Part shown: piece by piece, positions 9,784-20,009 of the stretch
Position numbering within the stretch: the stretch's first letter is position 1
Layout: each line of letters begins with the position of its first letter
Source of the DNA: Flavobacteriales bacterium
Lineage (GTDB): Bacteria; Bacteroidota; Bacteroidia; Flavobacteriales_F; PHOS-HE28
Length of the DNA stretch: 64,000 nt
NCBI GenBank assembly: GCA_016710015.1
Contig: JADJLR010000002.1
Location: 416,365-480,364 of the forward strand
Direction: 5' to 3'
The notes under the pieces: generated by a model
Told to the model about the DNA's origin: nothing
Database searches by the model: none
What the model saw: the letters and a program-made list of their open reading frames with translations, nothing else
Made by a program: the position numbers and the translations under genes

Positions 9784-12700
9784 ATGCACACCCGATCCTG
9801 GCCACGCCTTGTCAGCGCTGCTACGCTTACCGTATGGCTCTTCACTGGATGCCGAGATCACGGAGTTGTTGCACCGGATGCGGCCTACACACCATACATC
9901 CCGGCCTTCACCGCAGGCCACATCAGCGCAACCTCCCCGATCCTGGTCCGCATCGCGGATGGTCAACAATGGCGCGATTCCTCCAATGCAGCGATCCAGG
10001 GCCTGTTCGACTTGAGCCCCTCGGTAAAGGGAAGCGTGACGTGGAAAGACCAGAGTACACTCGCCTTTGTGCCGAACGAACGCCTTCAGCAAGAGGAAAC
10101 CTATACCGTCACCTTTCACCTTGGGGATCTGATCGTGTTGCCCACAGGTTTGGATGATTTCCGATGGCAGGTCAACACGGTCCGCCAGAGCCTCGATGTG
10201 CGCGTGAGTGACATGCAGTCCCTTTCGGCGTCCGACCTTACGTGGCAGCGGCTGATCGTCGCGGTGCATTCGGGCGATGTGATCGGAAAGGAGGTCGGCA
10301 GTTGCTTCACCGTTACACAAGGCGGACGAACGTTGGCCTTGAATTGGGTCCACGAACCGAACGGTCGTTTCCATACATTCTCCGTAGATAGTGTGCAGCG
10401 CGGCGAAACTGCCAGCACCGTAGAGATCAGCTGGAACGGAAAGCGTATAGGTGCCGCAGAGGAAGGCATGCTCCCCTTTTCCGTTCCGGCCATCGGTGAT
10501 CTGGCCTTGATCTCCGCGATCACGGATTCCGAAGGGGAACAGAGCGCGACCCTGCTCTTCTCCGATCCCTTGGATGCTTCACAGAACATGGATGGTTTGG
10601 TGGGCATATCCGGATCCGACGGGATCCGCCTTTCGGTGGAGGGGAACAAGCTGATGCTTTACCCAACCGAGCGCCTCAGCGGCGATCGGCAAGCTTATGT
10701 GGCGGCCGCCATCCGCAATGTGAACCGAAGACCACTGGGCAAGGACATCACGGTGGAACTCACCTTCGAGGAACTCAAACCGGCCGTTCGGATGGTCGGG
10801 AAAGGCGTGATCCTCCCCTCTTCTGATGGTCTAGTGATGCCCTTCGAAGCCGTGAATCTCAAAGCGGTGGATGTACGCGTGGTGAAGATCTACGAAAGCA
10901 ACATCACCCAATTCCTGCAACGCAATGCACTGGATGGCGCGAACGAATTGGCACGCGTTGGTCGACTCATCACACGCAAGACCATTCCGCTGAATACCGC
11001 CGATGCACCGGATCTGGGGCGCTGGAACACGTTCTACTTGGATCTCGCCGAGCACATGAAGGCCGAACAAGGCGCGATCTATCGGGTGGAACTCTCCTTC
11101 ACCCGAAAGCACTCCGTTTATCCGTGTACCAATGCCGATGACGCGACGGTCGAGCTGGAACGGGAACGCACTTGGGAAGAGGAACAGGCCGCCTACGATC
11201 AGGTCCAGGACTACTGGTATTACGACGACTACTATTACGAGGACTACGACTATCGCGAACGCGAGGACCCGTGTACGCCTTCCTACTTCGCGAACAACCA
11301 TTCCACGGCGCGCAACATCCTGGCCTCGGACCTGGGCTTGATCGCAAAGGGCGGCAACGATGGTTCCCTGTTGATCGCGGTGAGCGATCTACGGACCACT
11401 GCACCACTGTCTGGCGTGAAGCTGGATGTGTTGGACCTCCAGCGCAAGAGCCTCGGCCAAGCCGTTACCGATGGAGAAGGACTGGCCACCTTTCCCAACA
11501 ACACCCACAAGCCCTTCCTCGTGGTGGCCAGCAAAGGTAGCCAACGCGGCTATTTGCGGTTGGATGACGGATCCTCGCTTTCCGTAAGTGAATTCGATGT
11601 GCAGGGCGCTGCGATCGATCGCGGGCTGAAGGGTCTTCTGTACGGGGAACGCGGCGTTTGGCGTCCCGGTGATTCGCTCTACCTCGCTTTCATGTTACAA
11701 GATGCACAACACAAGCTCCCGAAGGATCATCCAGTGGTACTGGAGCTTACCGATCCCCGGGGCCGGATCGACCAGAAGCATGTGCGCACCGCATCGGTGA
11801 ATGGCGTGTACGCATTCCGCATGGCGACCTCCACGGATGCACCGACCGGCGTTTGGCATGCGCGGGTGGTGGTCGGTGGCACGAGCTTCCACAAGAGCCT
11901 TCGGATCGAAACCGTGAAACCGAATCGCCTCAAGATCCACATGGACCTGGGCGAACGTTTGACCGTTGCGGATAGCAAAGGCGTTACCCTCCGCTCGATC
12001 TGGCTGCACGGCTCGCCCGCTAAAGGGCTCAAGGCACGAGTCACCGTGACCATGTCTGCAGCCGCGCCGGTGTTCAAGGGTTTCAAGGAATTCACCTTCA
12101 ACGATCTGCGGACCTCCGTTCCCCAAGAAGAACAAGTGGCATACGATGGTGTGTTGAACGACCAGGGCGAAACGCGTTTCGACATGGACTTGCAACCCGG
12201 ACGGAACGCCCCAGCCATGGTGAATACGAACATCGTAACGCGCGTGTTCGAAGCCGGAGGTGATGCCAGCATGGATCGCACCTCGGTACCCTACTACCCG
12301 TATGTGAGCTACGCCGGGATCCGCCTCCCGGAAGCATTCAACGCATGGGGTGGTCTGGTCACGGACACCACCTACCAATTCGCGATCGCCGCAGTGGATG
12401 CCCATGGCGCACCCCTTTCCGGACATGCCCTGAAAGCGCAAGTGTACAAGTTGAAACAGAATTGGTGGTGGGATGGCGATCTGGAAGGCGATGCCAATTA
12501 CATCAGTTCGCCGAGCGTTGAATTGCGGCAGGAATTCGAGCTGGTGACCGATCCCAAAGGCCGAACGACGCTCAAGTTCCGGGTGGATCGTCCGGATTGG
12601 GGGCGTTTCGCTGTGCGCGTTTCCGATCCAGCTAGCGGACATTCAAGTGCCGTTCAATTGTACTTGGATTGGCCGGGTTGGGAGGGCCGCTCACGCCGCG

Positions 12701-15360
12701 AGGATCCCGACCAAGCCGCCAGACTCAGCTTCAACAGCGACAAGGAGAAGTACCATGTGGGAGACAACGCTACTTTGATCATCCCCTCCAGCGGAACCGG
12801 GCGCGCGTTGGTGAGCTTGGAAACGGGAAGTCGCTGTTTGGATGCGGTCTGGGTGGAGTTGAAGACGAAGGAAACACGGTATTCCTTCCCGGTGACCGCC
12901 GACATGGCACCGAACGTGTACGCGCACGTAACCGTCGTACAGCCACACGCACGCACGCTCAACGACCTGCCCATTCGGATGTACGGTGTGATCCCCATCC
13001 TAGTGGAAGATGCTGCAACACATCTCGCGCCCGTGATCACCATGGCGAAGGAGGTGAAGACCGATGTGCCGTTCACAGTTGAAGTGAGCGAGCAGAACGG
13101 TGATCCCATGACCTATACGTTGGCCATTGTGGACGAAGGTCTGCTGGACCTTACCCGATCCAAGACACCCGATCCGTGGAACCACTTCTACGCCCGGGAA
13201 GCATTGGGTGTGCGCACCTGGGACCTCTATGATCACGTGATAGGTGCGTTCGCGAAACAGATCGCACGAGTGTTGGCCTTGGGTGGTAGCGACGATGCCG
13301 GACCCGCGGAGAATGCCAAAGCCAACCGGTTCAAGCCAGTGGTGAGGTACGTGGGGCCCTTCACCTTGCAACGGGGAAAGAAGGCCAAGCATGAATTCAC
13401 CATCGCCAATTACGTCGGATCCGTACGCGTGATGGTGGTTGCTACCGATGGCGACAAAGCGTACGGCAATGCGGAGAAGGCGGTCCCGGTGAAGAAGCCA
13501 TTGATGGTGCTCGCCACACTCCCCCGAGTGCTTTCACCCGGTGAGGTTGCTGATCTGCCCGTGACCGTCTTCGCCATGGATCCTAAAGTGAAGGACGTTC
13601 GCGTTCGCTTGGAACCGAATGAATTCCTGATCCCCGAAGGACCATTGGAGAAGACGATCCACTTCAGTTCCACCGGTGATCAAGTGGTCCGCTTCAAGGT
13701 TCGCGTGAAGGAAGCGATCGGTGTTGCGAAAGTGAAGGTGAGTGTTTCCGGTGCCGGAGAAAGCGCTTCCGAACGCATTGAATTGGATGTCCGTTTGCCG
13801 AATTTGCCTGCAACAGAAGTCACGGAAGTGTTACTGGAACCGGGTAAAAGTTGGAGTGCAGCACCTGTGCCTTTGGGTGTGGCAGGCACCAACAGTGCTT
13901 ACTTGGAAGTGAGTACGATACCTCCTGTGGACCTCGGCCGGCGCCTACAGTATCTGGTGGATTATCCGCACGGATGTTTGGAACAGACCACGTCGAAGGT
14001 CTTCCCGCAACTCTACATCGGTAAGGTGATGGAACTGCCTGCGCGCTTCCAACAGAGCATGCGCGCCAATGTGGAAGCAGGGCTGCAAAAGATGGCGCAG
14101 TTCCAGCGAAGTGATGGATCCTTCAACTACTGGCCCGGTGGCGATCATTACGATGATTGGACATCGATCTATGCAGGGCACTTCATGGTAGAGGCCGAAC
14201 GTGAAGGTCTGAAGACCGTGGGTCGCACCTTGCCGAATTGGCTCGCCTATCAGCGGAAGGCTGCGCGGGACTGGCAGGCAAGACAGCAGAATGGTTGGTC
14301 GATCGAATCCACTCAGTTCATTCAGGCCTATCGCCTCTATGTGCTCGCGTTGGCCAAACACCCCGAACTGGCGGCGATGAATCGCTTGCGCGAACAAGGA
14401 TCACTCAGCACACGCTCCCGTTGGATACTCGCCGCCGCCTACGCGCAGATCGGTCAATTGGATGCTGCAAAGAGGCTCACATTGGCCAGCGAACTTTCGA
14501 TCCCGGCCTATTCGGAAATGGGATATACCTACGGCAGTGCGTTGCGTGACGAAGCCATGATCGCCCTCGCCTTGATGCACATGGACGAGACCGCCAAGGC
14601 AGCGGGAATGGTGCAACGCATTTCCAAGGACCTCAGTAGTGGTGGCTGGTACAGCACCCAGAGCACGGCATTCGCGCTGCTGGCTGTTGCCCGTTTTGCG
14701 GAGAAGAGCCAGTTGGACAAGGGCCTTTCCTTCAAACTGGAACTTGAGGGCAAAGCCACCGACCGTTTCACCGAGAAAGCGATCAGCCGTGTTGAGCTCG
14801 CCACGCCGAATGGAAAGGACCACGTGAAGGTGACGAACACCGGCAAGAACCTCCTGTACGTGCGTTTGGTCCGCAACGGAACGCCATTGGCCGGTGCAGA
14901 GGATCCCACATCGAGCGGGTTGAATATGCAGGTCGAATACACGCTGATGGATGGTAAGCGTGTGGATCCCGCACGGATCGAACAAGGCACGGACTTCAAG
15001 GCCACGGTGCGCATCATGCATCCCGGGGTGGCAGCGAACTACCAGCAATTGGCGCTGACCAACGTCTTCCCTTCCGGTTGGGAGATCCGGAACAACCGCT
15101 TGGAGGGAAGTGAAGGGGCCATCGCCGCATCCAGTTACACTTACCAGGATCTGCGCGATGATCGCGTGATGACCTACTTCGACCTCTGGCGTGGAAAGTC
15201 CGTGACCTATGAAGTGATGCTCAACGCAGCCTATACCGGGCGCTACTATCTACCCGGTGCGTTCTGCGAAGCGATGTACGACCTTACGATCAATGCACGG
15301 ACCATGGGTCGGTGGGTGGAAGTAGTGCCATCGGGCGAACCATCAGCGGCGCAACAGTGA
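9784..15360 (+). CDS. bacterial alpha-2-macroglobulin family lipoprotein (thioester-containing)
   Basis: The lipobox LTVWLFTGC follows ATG at 9784. Intact thioester motif GCLEQ (YPHGCLEQTTSKVFPQLY). Size is about 1860 aa with MG-domain-like repeats. It is immediately followed by pbpC, the classical A2M–PBP1C pairing. Confidence 0.9.
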   Translation: MHTRSWPRLVSAATLTVWLFTGCRDHGVVAPDAAYTPYIPAFTAGHISATSPILVRIADGQQWRDSSNAAIQGLFDLSPSVKGSVTWKDQSTLAFVPNERLQQEETYTVTFHLGDLIVLPTGLDDFRWQVNTVRQSLDVRVSDMQSLSASDLTWQRLIVAVHSGDVIGKEVGSCFTVTQGGRTLALNWVHEPNGRFHTFSVDSVQRGETASTVEISWNGKRIGAAEEGMLPFSVPAIGDLALISAITDSEGEQSATLLFSDPLDASQNMDGLVGISGSDGIRLSVEGNKLMLYPTERLSGDRQAYVAAAIRNVNRRPLGKDITVELTFEELKPAVRMVGKGVILPSSDGLVMPFEAVNLKAVDVRVVKIYESNITQFLQRNALDGANELARVGRLITRKTIPLNTADAPDLGRWNTFYLDLAEHMKAEQGAIYRVELSFTRKHSVYPCTNADDATVELERERTWEEEQAAYDQVQDYWYYDDYYYEDYDYREREDPCTPSYFANNHSTARNILASDLGLIAKGGNDGSLLIAVSDLRTTAPLSGVKLDVLDLQRKSLGQAVTDGEGLATFPNNTHKPFLVVASKGSQRGYLRLDDGSSLSVSEFDVQGAAIDRGLKGLLYGERGVWRPGDSLYLAFMLQDAQHKLPKDHPVVLELTDPRGRIDQKHVRTASVNGVYAFRMATSTDAPTGVWHARVVVGGTSFHKSLRIETVKPNRLKIHMDLGERLTVADSKGVTLRSIWLHGSPAKGLKARVTVTMSAAAPVFKGFKEFTFNDLRTSVPQEEQVAYDGVLNDQGETRFDMDLQPGRNAPAMVNTNIVTRVFEAGGDASMDRTSVPYYPYVSYAGIRLPEAFNAWGGLVTDTTYQFAIAAVDAHGAPLSGHALKAQVYKLKQNWWWDGDLEGDANYISSPSVELRQEFELVTDPKGRTTLKFRVDRPDWGRFAVRVSDPASGHSSAVQLYLDWPGWEGRSRREDPDQAARLSFNSDKEKYHVGDNATLIIPSSGTGRALVSLETGSRCLDAVWVELKTKETRYSFPVTADMAPNVYAHVTVVQPHARTLNDLPIRMYGVIPILVEDAATHLAPVITMAKEVKTDVPFTVEVSEQNGDPMTYTLAIVDEGLLDLTRSKTPDPWNHFYAREALGVRTWDLYDHVIGAFAKQIARVLALGGSDDAGPAENAKANRFKPVVRYVGPFTLQRGKKAKHEFTIANYVGSVRVMVVATDGDKAYGNAEKAVPVKKPLMVLATLPRVLSPGEVADLPVTVFAMDPKVKDVRVRLEPNEFLIPEGPLEKTIHFSSTGDQVVRFKVRVKEAIGVAKVKVSVSGAGESASERIELDVRLPNLPATEVTEVLLEPGKSWSAAPVPLGVAGTNSAYLEVSTIPPVDLGRRLQYLVDYPHGCLEQTTSKVFPQLYIGKVMELPARFQQSMRANVEAGLQKMAQFQRSDGSFNYWPGGDHYDDWTSIYAGHFMVEAEREGLKTVGRTLPNWLAYQRKAARDWQARQQNGWSIESTQFIQAYRLYVLALAKHPELAAMNRLREQGSLSTRSRWILAAAYAQIGQLDAAKRLTLASELSIPAYSEMGYTYGSALRDEAMIALALMHMDETAKAAGMVQRISKDLSSGGWYSTQSTAFALLAVARFAEKSQLDKGLSFKLELEGKATDRFTEKAISRVELATPNGKDHVKVTNTGKNLLYVRLVRNGTPLAGAEDPTSSGLNMQVEYTLMDGKRVDPARIEQGTDFKATVRIMHPGVAANYQQLALTNVFPSGWEIRNNRLEGSEGAIAASSYTYQDLRDDRVMTYFDLWRGKSVTYEVMLNAAYTGRYYLPGAFCEAMYDLTINARTMGRWVEVVPSGEPSAAQQ

Positions 15361-15366
15361 TCGCCG

Positions 15367-17685
15367 ATGGGATCCGGTAGGCGCAAGGTGTTGATCACCA
15401 TCGCTGCCTTTGGTGTGCTCTTCGTTTGGGCGCGTTGGGGACCGATGGACCCCTTGTTTCAGAAACCCCGAAGCACCGTTCTGCTGGACCGGGACGGAGA
15501 CTTGCTCGGTGCCACGGTGGCGTTGGATGGTCAGTGGCGCATGCCTCCGAGCGATTCGGTACCGCATCGTTTCGAAACGTGTTTGCTCGCTTTCGAGGAT
15601 CGGCACTTCCGCTCCCACCCCGGCATCCACCTTCCTTCACTGATCCGTGCGGCAAAACAGAATTGGCATGCCGGTCGCATCGTCAGCGGGGGAAGTACGA
15701 TCACCATGCAAGTCGCACGCATGGCCCATGGCGATCGGCCGCGAACGGTCTGGAACAAGGCGGTGGAGATTTGCGCGGCTTTGCGCTACGAGGTCCGGTT
15801 TTCGAAGGACTCCATCCTTGCGCTGTATGCTGCCAACGCGCCATTCGGCGGGAATGTGGTCGGACTTGAGGCCGCTGCTTGGCGCTGGTTCGGTCGATCA
15901 CCGGACCAACTGGGTTGGGCCGAATGTGCCGCACTCGCCGTGCTCCCCAACGCACCGGCACGGATCCATCCGGCACGGCAACGCGATGCACTACGCGACA
16001 AACGTGATCGCTTGCTGGAGTACTTGCGCGATACCGGAGTACTCGATAGCATGACCTGTTCGCTGGCCCGTGCAGAACCCCTCCCGGAGCGACCGATCGA
16101 CCTACCCCGATCGGCTCCGCACGCCCTAGCGACCTTGGAGTTATCCGGTCATCGTGGCCAGCGCATCACCAGTACGCTCGACCCGGATCTACAGCGCCGC
16201 GTCACCGCGATCGCCGACCGACATGGACCGATCCTTCGTGCGAACGAAGTACACAACGCGGCAGTGCTCATTCTCGATGTACCCAGCGGAAAGGTCCTCG
16301 CCTATATCGGCAACCTTCCGCAAACCTCGGCCGAACATGCTGGAGAAGTCGACATCATCCAAGCCCGACGTAGCACTGGAAGCTTGTTGAAACCCTTCCT
16401 CTATGCGGACATGCTGCAATGCGGCGAAATGATGCCCGACCAGCTTGTTGCCGATCTGCCCACGCATTACCAAGGCTTCTCACCCAAGAACTTCGACGCC
16501 CGGTTCGACGGTGCTGTACCAGCGGCAGCCGCACTCGCCCGCTCGCTCAACGTTCCAGCCGTGCGTGCATTACACCGCCATGGCATTGAACGCACCTTGC
16601 GCATGCTACGCGCCATGGGACTGGAACATGTGGACCGTACGGCCGAGAACTATGGCCTTTCGTTGATCATCGGTGGTGCGGAAAGCACACTTTGGGAACT
16701 CACCGGCGCATTCGCCTCCATGGCGCGGACGGTTCTTGTTCCATCGGAAGTAGAACCAGTCCATGCGCCGCAGCTTGTGGAAGGCGAGTACGCTTCGGCT
16801 ACCTCAGCGGTTCTTTCAGCAGCATCCGCATACCATACGATCCAAGCCCTGCATGCGGTACACCGCCCAGGCTCGGAATCTGGCTGGCAGTATTTCGCGG
16901 ATCCGAAATACATCGCTTGGAAGTCCGGAACCAGTTTTGGCCACCGCGATGCTTGGGCCATCGGGTTCACCGACCGGTTCGCTGTCGGAGTGTGGACGGG
17001 GAATGCAGATGGTGAAGGCCGGCCCGGACATACGGGTACGTTGGCCGCAGCGCCGATGCTCTTCGACGTGTTCGACCTGTTGCCCAATGGTCACGGGTTC
17101 GACACGCCATTCGATGGCATGGAACGCACTGCGGTCTGCCGAGCCACTGGATTCCGCGCTGGTCCGGATTGTCTCCCTGTCGATACGCTTTGGGTGATCC
17201 GCGAAAGCGAACGCACAGCACCGTGCCCCTATCATCATCGCATTTTGGTGAATGCAACGGAGGATCACCAAGTTGGTCCGGACGCGCATGGACATTGGGT
17301 GAATTGGTTCTCCCTTCCACCGGCCATGGAACACTACTACCGAAAGGTCCATCCAGAGTACCGACCACTGCCGCCTGCCCCAAGTGGTCCGCGCGAAACC
17401 CCCATGGAACTGATCTACCCAGGCCCCGATGCACGCATCCACATCCCGGTGCAACTGGATGGAACCTTTGCCCAGGTGGTACTGATGGCCGCACATCGCG
17501 ATCCATCTGCTCTCTTGAACTGGGACTTGGATGGCGAATTCGTAGGACGCACACAGAGTGAACATGAACTCGTAGTGGATCTGGTCACCGGGCCGCACCG
17601 ATTAACTTTGACCGATCAGCAAGGTCTTTCGTTGACCGCCACTTTCCACGTGGTCCGAAGCGACACCCAGCAGCAGAACGAATGA
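15367..17685 (+). CDS. pbpC: penicillin-binding protein 1C (bifunctional glycosyltransferase/transpeptidase)
   Basis: GT51 motifs EDRHFRSHPGI and GGSTITMQVARM. Transpeptidase motifs include WKSGTS (KTG) and SxxK/SxN-type regions. It starts 7 nt after the A2M stop. Confidence 0.9.
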   Translation: MGSGRRKVLITIAAFGVLFVWARWGPMDPLFQKPRSTVLLDRDGDLLGATVALDGQWRMPPSDSVPHRFETCLLAFEDRHFRSHPGIHLPSLIRAAKQNWHAGRIVSGGSTITMQVARMAHGDRPRTVWNKAVEICAALRYEVRFSKDSILALYAANAPFGGNVVGLEAAAWRWFGRSPDQLGWAECAALAVLPNAPARIHPARQRDALRDKRDRLLEYLRDTGVLDSMTCSLARAEPLPERPIDLPRSAPHALATLELSGHRGQRITSTLDPDLQRRVTAIADRHGPILRANEVHNAAVLILDVPSGKVLAYIGNLPQTSAEHAGEVDIIQARRSTGSLLKPFLYADMLQCGEMMPDQLVADLPTHYQGFSPKNFDARFDGAVPAAAALARSLNVPAVRALHRHGIERTLRMLRAMGLEHVDRTAENYGLSLIIGGAESTLWELTGAFASMARTVLVPSEVEPVHAPQLVEGEYASATSAVLSAASAYHTIQALHAVHRPGSESGWQYFADPKYIAWKSGTSFGHRDAWAIGFTDRFAVGVWTGNADGEGRPGHTGTLAAAPMLFDVFDLLPNGHGFDTPFDGMERTAVCRATGFRAGPDCLPVDTLWVIRESERTAPCPYHHRILVNATEDHQVGPDAHGHWVNWFSLPPAMEHYYRKVHPEYRPLPPAPSGPRETPMELIYPGPDARIHIPVQLDGTFAQVVLMAAHRDPSALLNWDLDGEFVGRTQSEHELVVDLVTGPHRLTLTDQQGLSLTATFHVVRSDTQQQNE

Positions 17686-18197
17686 AGTGGCCCCTTTTCC
17701 TCCTGTTCATCTTTCCAACTTTCGCGCTATTCGCCCAACCCGATACGCTCTGGGTGCCGGATCACGGCGTGTTGAAGCCCTATGGCGTAACCTACGATCC
17801 GGTGCGGATGGATGCCCAGTACAAGCGGATCGGCCGATTCGTTCAGGATACAGGGCGTATTGCGGTGGAGATGGACTACAAGCGCGGCTTCCCATCCGGG
17901 GTGTTCCGTGCTTTCTATCCGGATGGTCGCCCGTTGATCTTCGCGGTGTACGGCTGGAAAACGCTCCACGGCGATTGGACCGAGTATGCCGAGGACGGTA
18001 GCGTATCCTTGAAAGGACAATACCGCCAAGGGCTGCGTGATGGTCCTTGGGCCTTCCGAAAGGACGAGGTCCTGGGCCACTACAAGAAGGGACAGAAACA
18101 CGGCGAGTGGAAATACTACGCGAATGGCATCACTATACGTACGGAGAAGTACAAGAGGGGCAGCCTGAAGCGGAAGCGCAACTTCGACCGCAATTGA
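17682..18197 (+). CDS. secreted MORN-repeat protein (YwqK-family-like)
   Basis: ATGA overlap with the pbpC stop. Signal peptide MKWPLFLLFIFPTFALFAQ. MORN-variant repeats (YPDGRPLIFAVYGWKTLHGDWTEYAEDGSVSLKGQYRQGLRDGPWAF...GQKHGEWKYYANG). Confidence 0.6.
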   Translation: MKWPLFLLFIFPTFALFAQPDTLWVPDHGVLKPYGVTYDPVRMDAQYKRIGRFVQDTGRIAVEMDYKRGFPSGVFRAFYPDGRPLIFAVYGWKTLHGDWTEYAEDGSVSLKGQYRQGLRDGPWAFRKDEVLGHYKKGQKHGEWKYYANGITIRTEKYKRGSLKRKRNFDRN

Positions 18198-18271
18198 CAA
18201 CCTTGCACGACATTTCTATCCCTTCGGGGCAACCTGGCACGCGTTTGGCGCGTTCCAAAGCTTTACAGCCC

Positions 18272-19885
18272 ATGCATAGCCGTTTCCTCTTTCTGCGTCA
18301 CCACGCCGTGATCGCCCTGTTAGCGCTTCCATTTCTTAGCACTGCTCAGCACGACGATCCACTCACCAGCGGAAAGATCGGATCCTTGCTCTACCACATT
18401 GACCGCATGTACGTGGATGATGTGGACAAACAGAAGTTGGTGGATGCCGCCATCGTGAGCATGCTGGAAGAACTCGATCCGCATTCCATCTATATCCCGA
18501 AGGAGGACCTGGACGAAGTGAACGAACCCTTGAAAGGAAACTTCGAGGGAGTTGGCATTCAGTTCAACATCGTGCGCGATACCATCTACGTGGTGGATGC
18601 CATTGCAGGGGGCCCTTCCGAACGTATCGGCATACGTGCCGGTGATCGCGTAGTGACCATAGACCAAGAGAACGCTGCGGGTATGAACTTCAAGAACAGC
18701 GATGTGATGAAGCGGCTCCGGGGCAAAAAAGGCACGAAGGTGGATGTCACGATCCTGCGGAAAGGGACCTCCACTCCATTGGATTTCACCATCACCCGGG
18801 ACAAGATCCCCATCTACAGCGTGGAAGCCAGTTATATGGCAAAACCCGGCGTGGGCTACATCAAGGTGAGTCGTTTCAGTGCCACCACCATGAAGGAGTT
18901 CCGCGAACATCTTTCCGAATTGAAAGAAACAGGTATGAAGGACCTGATCCTGGACCTGCAAGGGAATGGTGGTGGCTATCTCCGCACCGCCATCGAAATG
19001 GCCGACGAATTCCTCGGGGACCGCAAGCTGGTGGTGTACACCGAAGGACGGACCTCCCCGCGCGAAGACACGTACTCCACGAAGGAAGGTCTATTCGAGA
19101 AAGGCCGGTTGGTGGTGTTGGTGGATGAAGGCTCCGCAAGTGCCAGCGAGATCGTCAGCGGTGCGATCCAGGACTGGGACCGTGGCTTGATCATTGGCCG
19201 CCGCAGTTTCGGGAAAGGTCTGGTGCAACGACCGGTCATGCTCTCCGACGGTTCAGCTGTGCGCCTTACGGTATCGCGCTATTACACCCCATCGGGTCGG
19301 TCCATCCAAAAGTCCTATGAGAATGGTGTGGAAGCCTATCAGCGGGAAAAGATCGAGCGCCTACGCAAAGGCGAACTCACCTCTGCGGATAGCATCCATG
19401 CGGCAGACACCGTGAAATATTACACCATGAACAAGCGCGTGGTTTATGGCGGTGGCGGGATCATGCCGGATGTGTTCGTGCCGATCGATACCACGCTGAG
19501 CTCGGAGTACTTCGGTCAGTTGGTACGCAAGGGCATCCTCAACACCTTCGCTCTGGAATTCGTGGACAAGGAGCGGGCGAAGTTGCTACAGCGCTACACC
19601 GATATCGATGCCTTCATCCACGAATTCCATGTGGATGCGGTGTTGACCAAGGCATTGGAGGATGCGGCCAACAAGGAGGGTGTGGTCCCGGATCCGGAGC
19701 ACATGGCCCATTCGATGGACCTGATCGAATTGCGGCTTAAAGCATTGATCGCACGCGACCTTTGGAACACATCCGCGTATTGGCAGGTGATCAATGCCAA
19801 CAACCCAGTGGATCGCAGCTTCCAACGCGCCTTGGAGTCGCTATCTGATGATTCGTTCCACCGCTATGGCATGATAAAGCCCTGA
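18272..19885 (+). CDS. ctp: carboxyl-terminal processing protease (S41 peptidase, tail-specific protease family)
   Basis: Signal peptide (MHSRFLFLRHHAVIALLALPFLSTAQ). PDZ region GIRAGDRVVTIDQE. S41 catalytic block LILDLQGNGGGYL...VLVDEGSASASEIVSGAIQDWDRGLIIGRRSFGKGLVQ. The ORF opens at 18047, but ATG at 18272 gives the signal peptide. Confidence 0.9.
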   Translation: MHSRFLFLRHHAVIALLALPFLSTAQHDDPLTSGKIGSLLYHIDRMYVDDVDKQKLVDAAIVSMLEELDPHSIYIPKEDLDEVNEPLKGNFEGVGIQFNIVRDTIYVVDAIAGGPSERIGIRAGDRVVTIDQENAAGMNFKNSDVMKRLRGKKGTKVDVTILRKGTSTPLDFTITRDKIPIYSVEASYMAKPGVGYIKVSRFSATTMKEFREHLSELKETGMKDLILDLQGNGGGYLRTAIEMADEFLGDRKLVVYTEGRTSPREDTYSTKEGLFEKGRLVVLVDEGSASASEIVSGAIQDWDRGLIIGRRSFGKGLVQRPVMLSDGSAVRLTVSRYYTPSGRSIQKSYENGVEAYQREKIERLRKGELTSADSIHAADTVKYYTMNKRVVYGGGGIMPDVFVPIDTTLSSEYFGQLVRKGILNTFALEFVDKERAKLLQRYTDIDAFIHEFHVDAVLTKALEDAANKEGVVPDPEHMAHSMDLIELRLKALIARDLWNTSAYWQVINANNPVDRSFQRALESLSDDSFHRYGMIKP

Positions 19886-19932
19886 CGCTCTGGAAGTACC
19901 CACAAGAACGCACAGGCTGTTAACGGCCTGTT

Positions 19933-19968
19933 AAGCCCCAGCATGTTTGTTGGGGCTTGTCTTATTTT
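19933..19968 (+). terminator. rho-independent terminator downstream of ctp
   Basis: AAGCCCCA-(10 nt loop)-TGGGGCTT 8-bp stem followed by GTCTTATTTT. Confidence 0.5.
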
Positions 19969-20009
19969 CGCGCCCAGAACAAACTCCATTCGACGAAAAC
20001 CGTACTCCG

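Noticed and set aside
18047-18271. N-terminal extension of ctp ORF (start 18047)
   Set aside because: It overlaps the MORN gene 3' end. ATG at 18272 yields a classic signal peptide.
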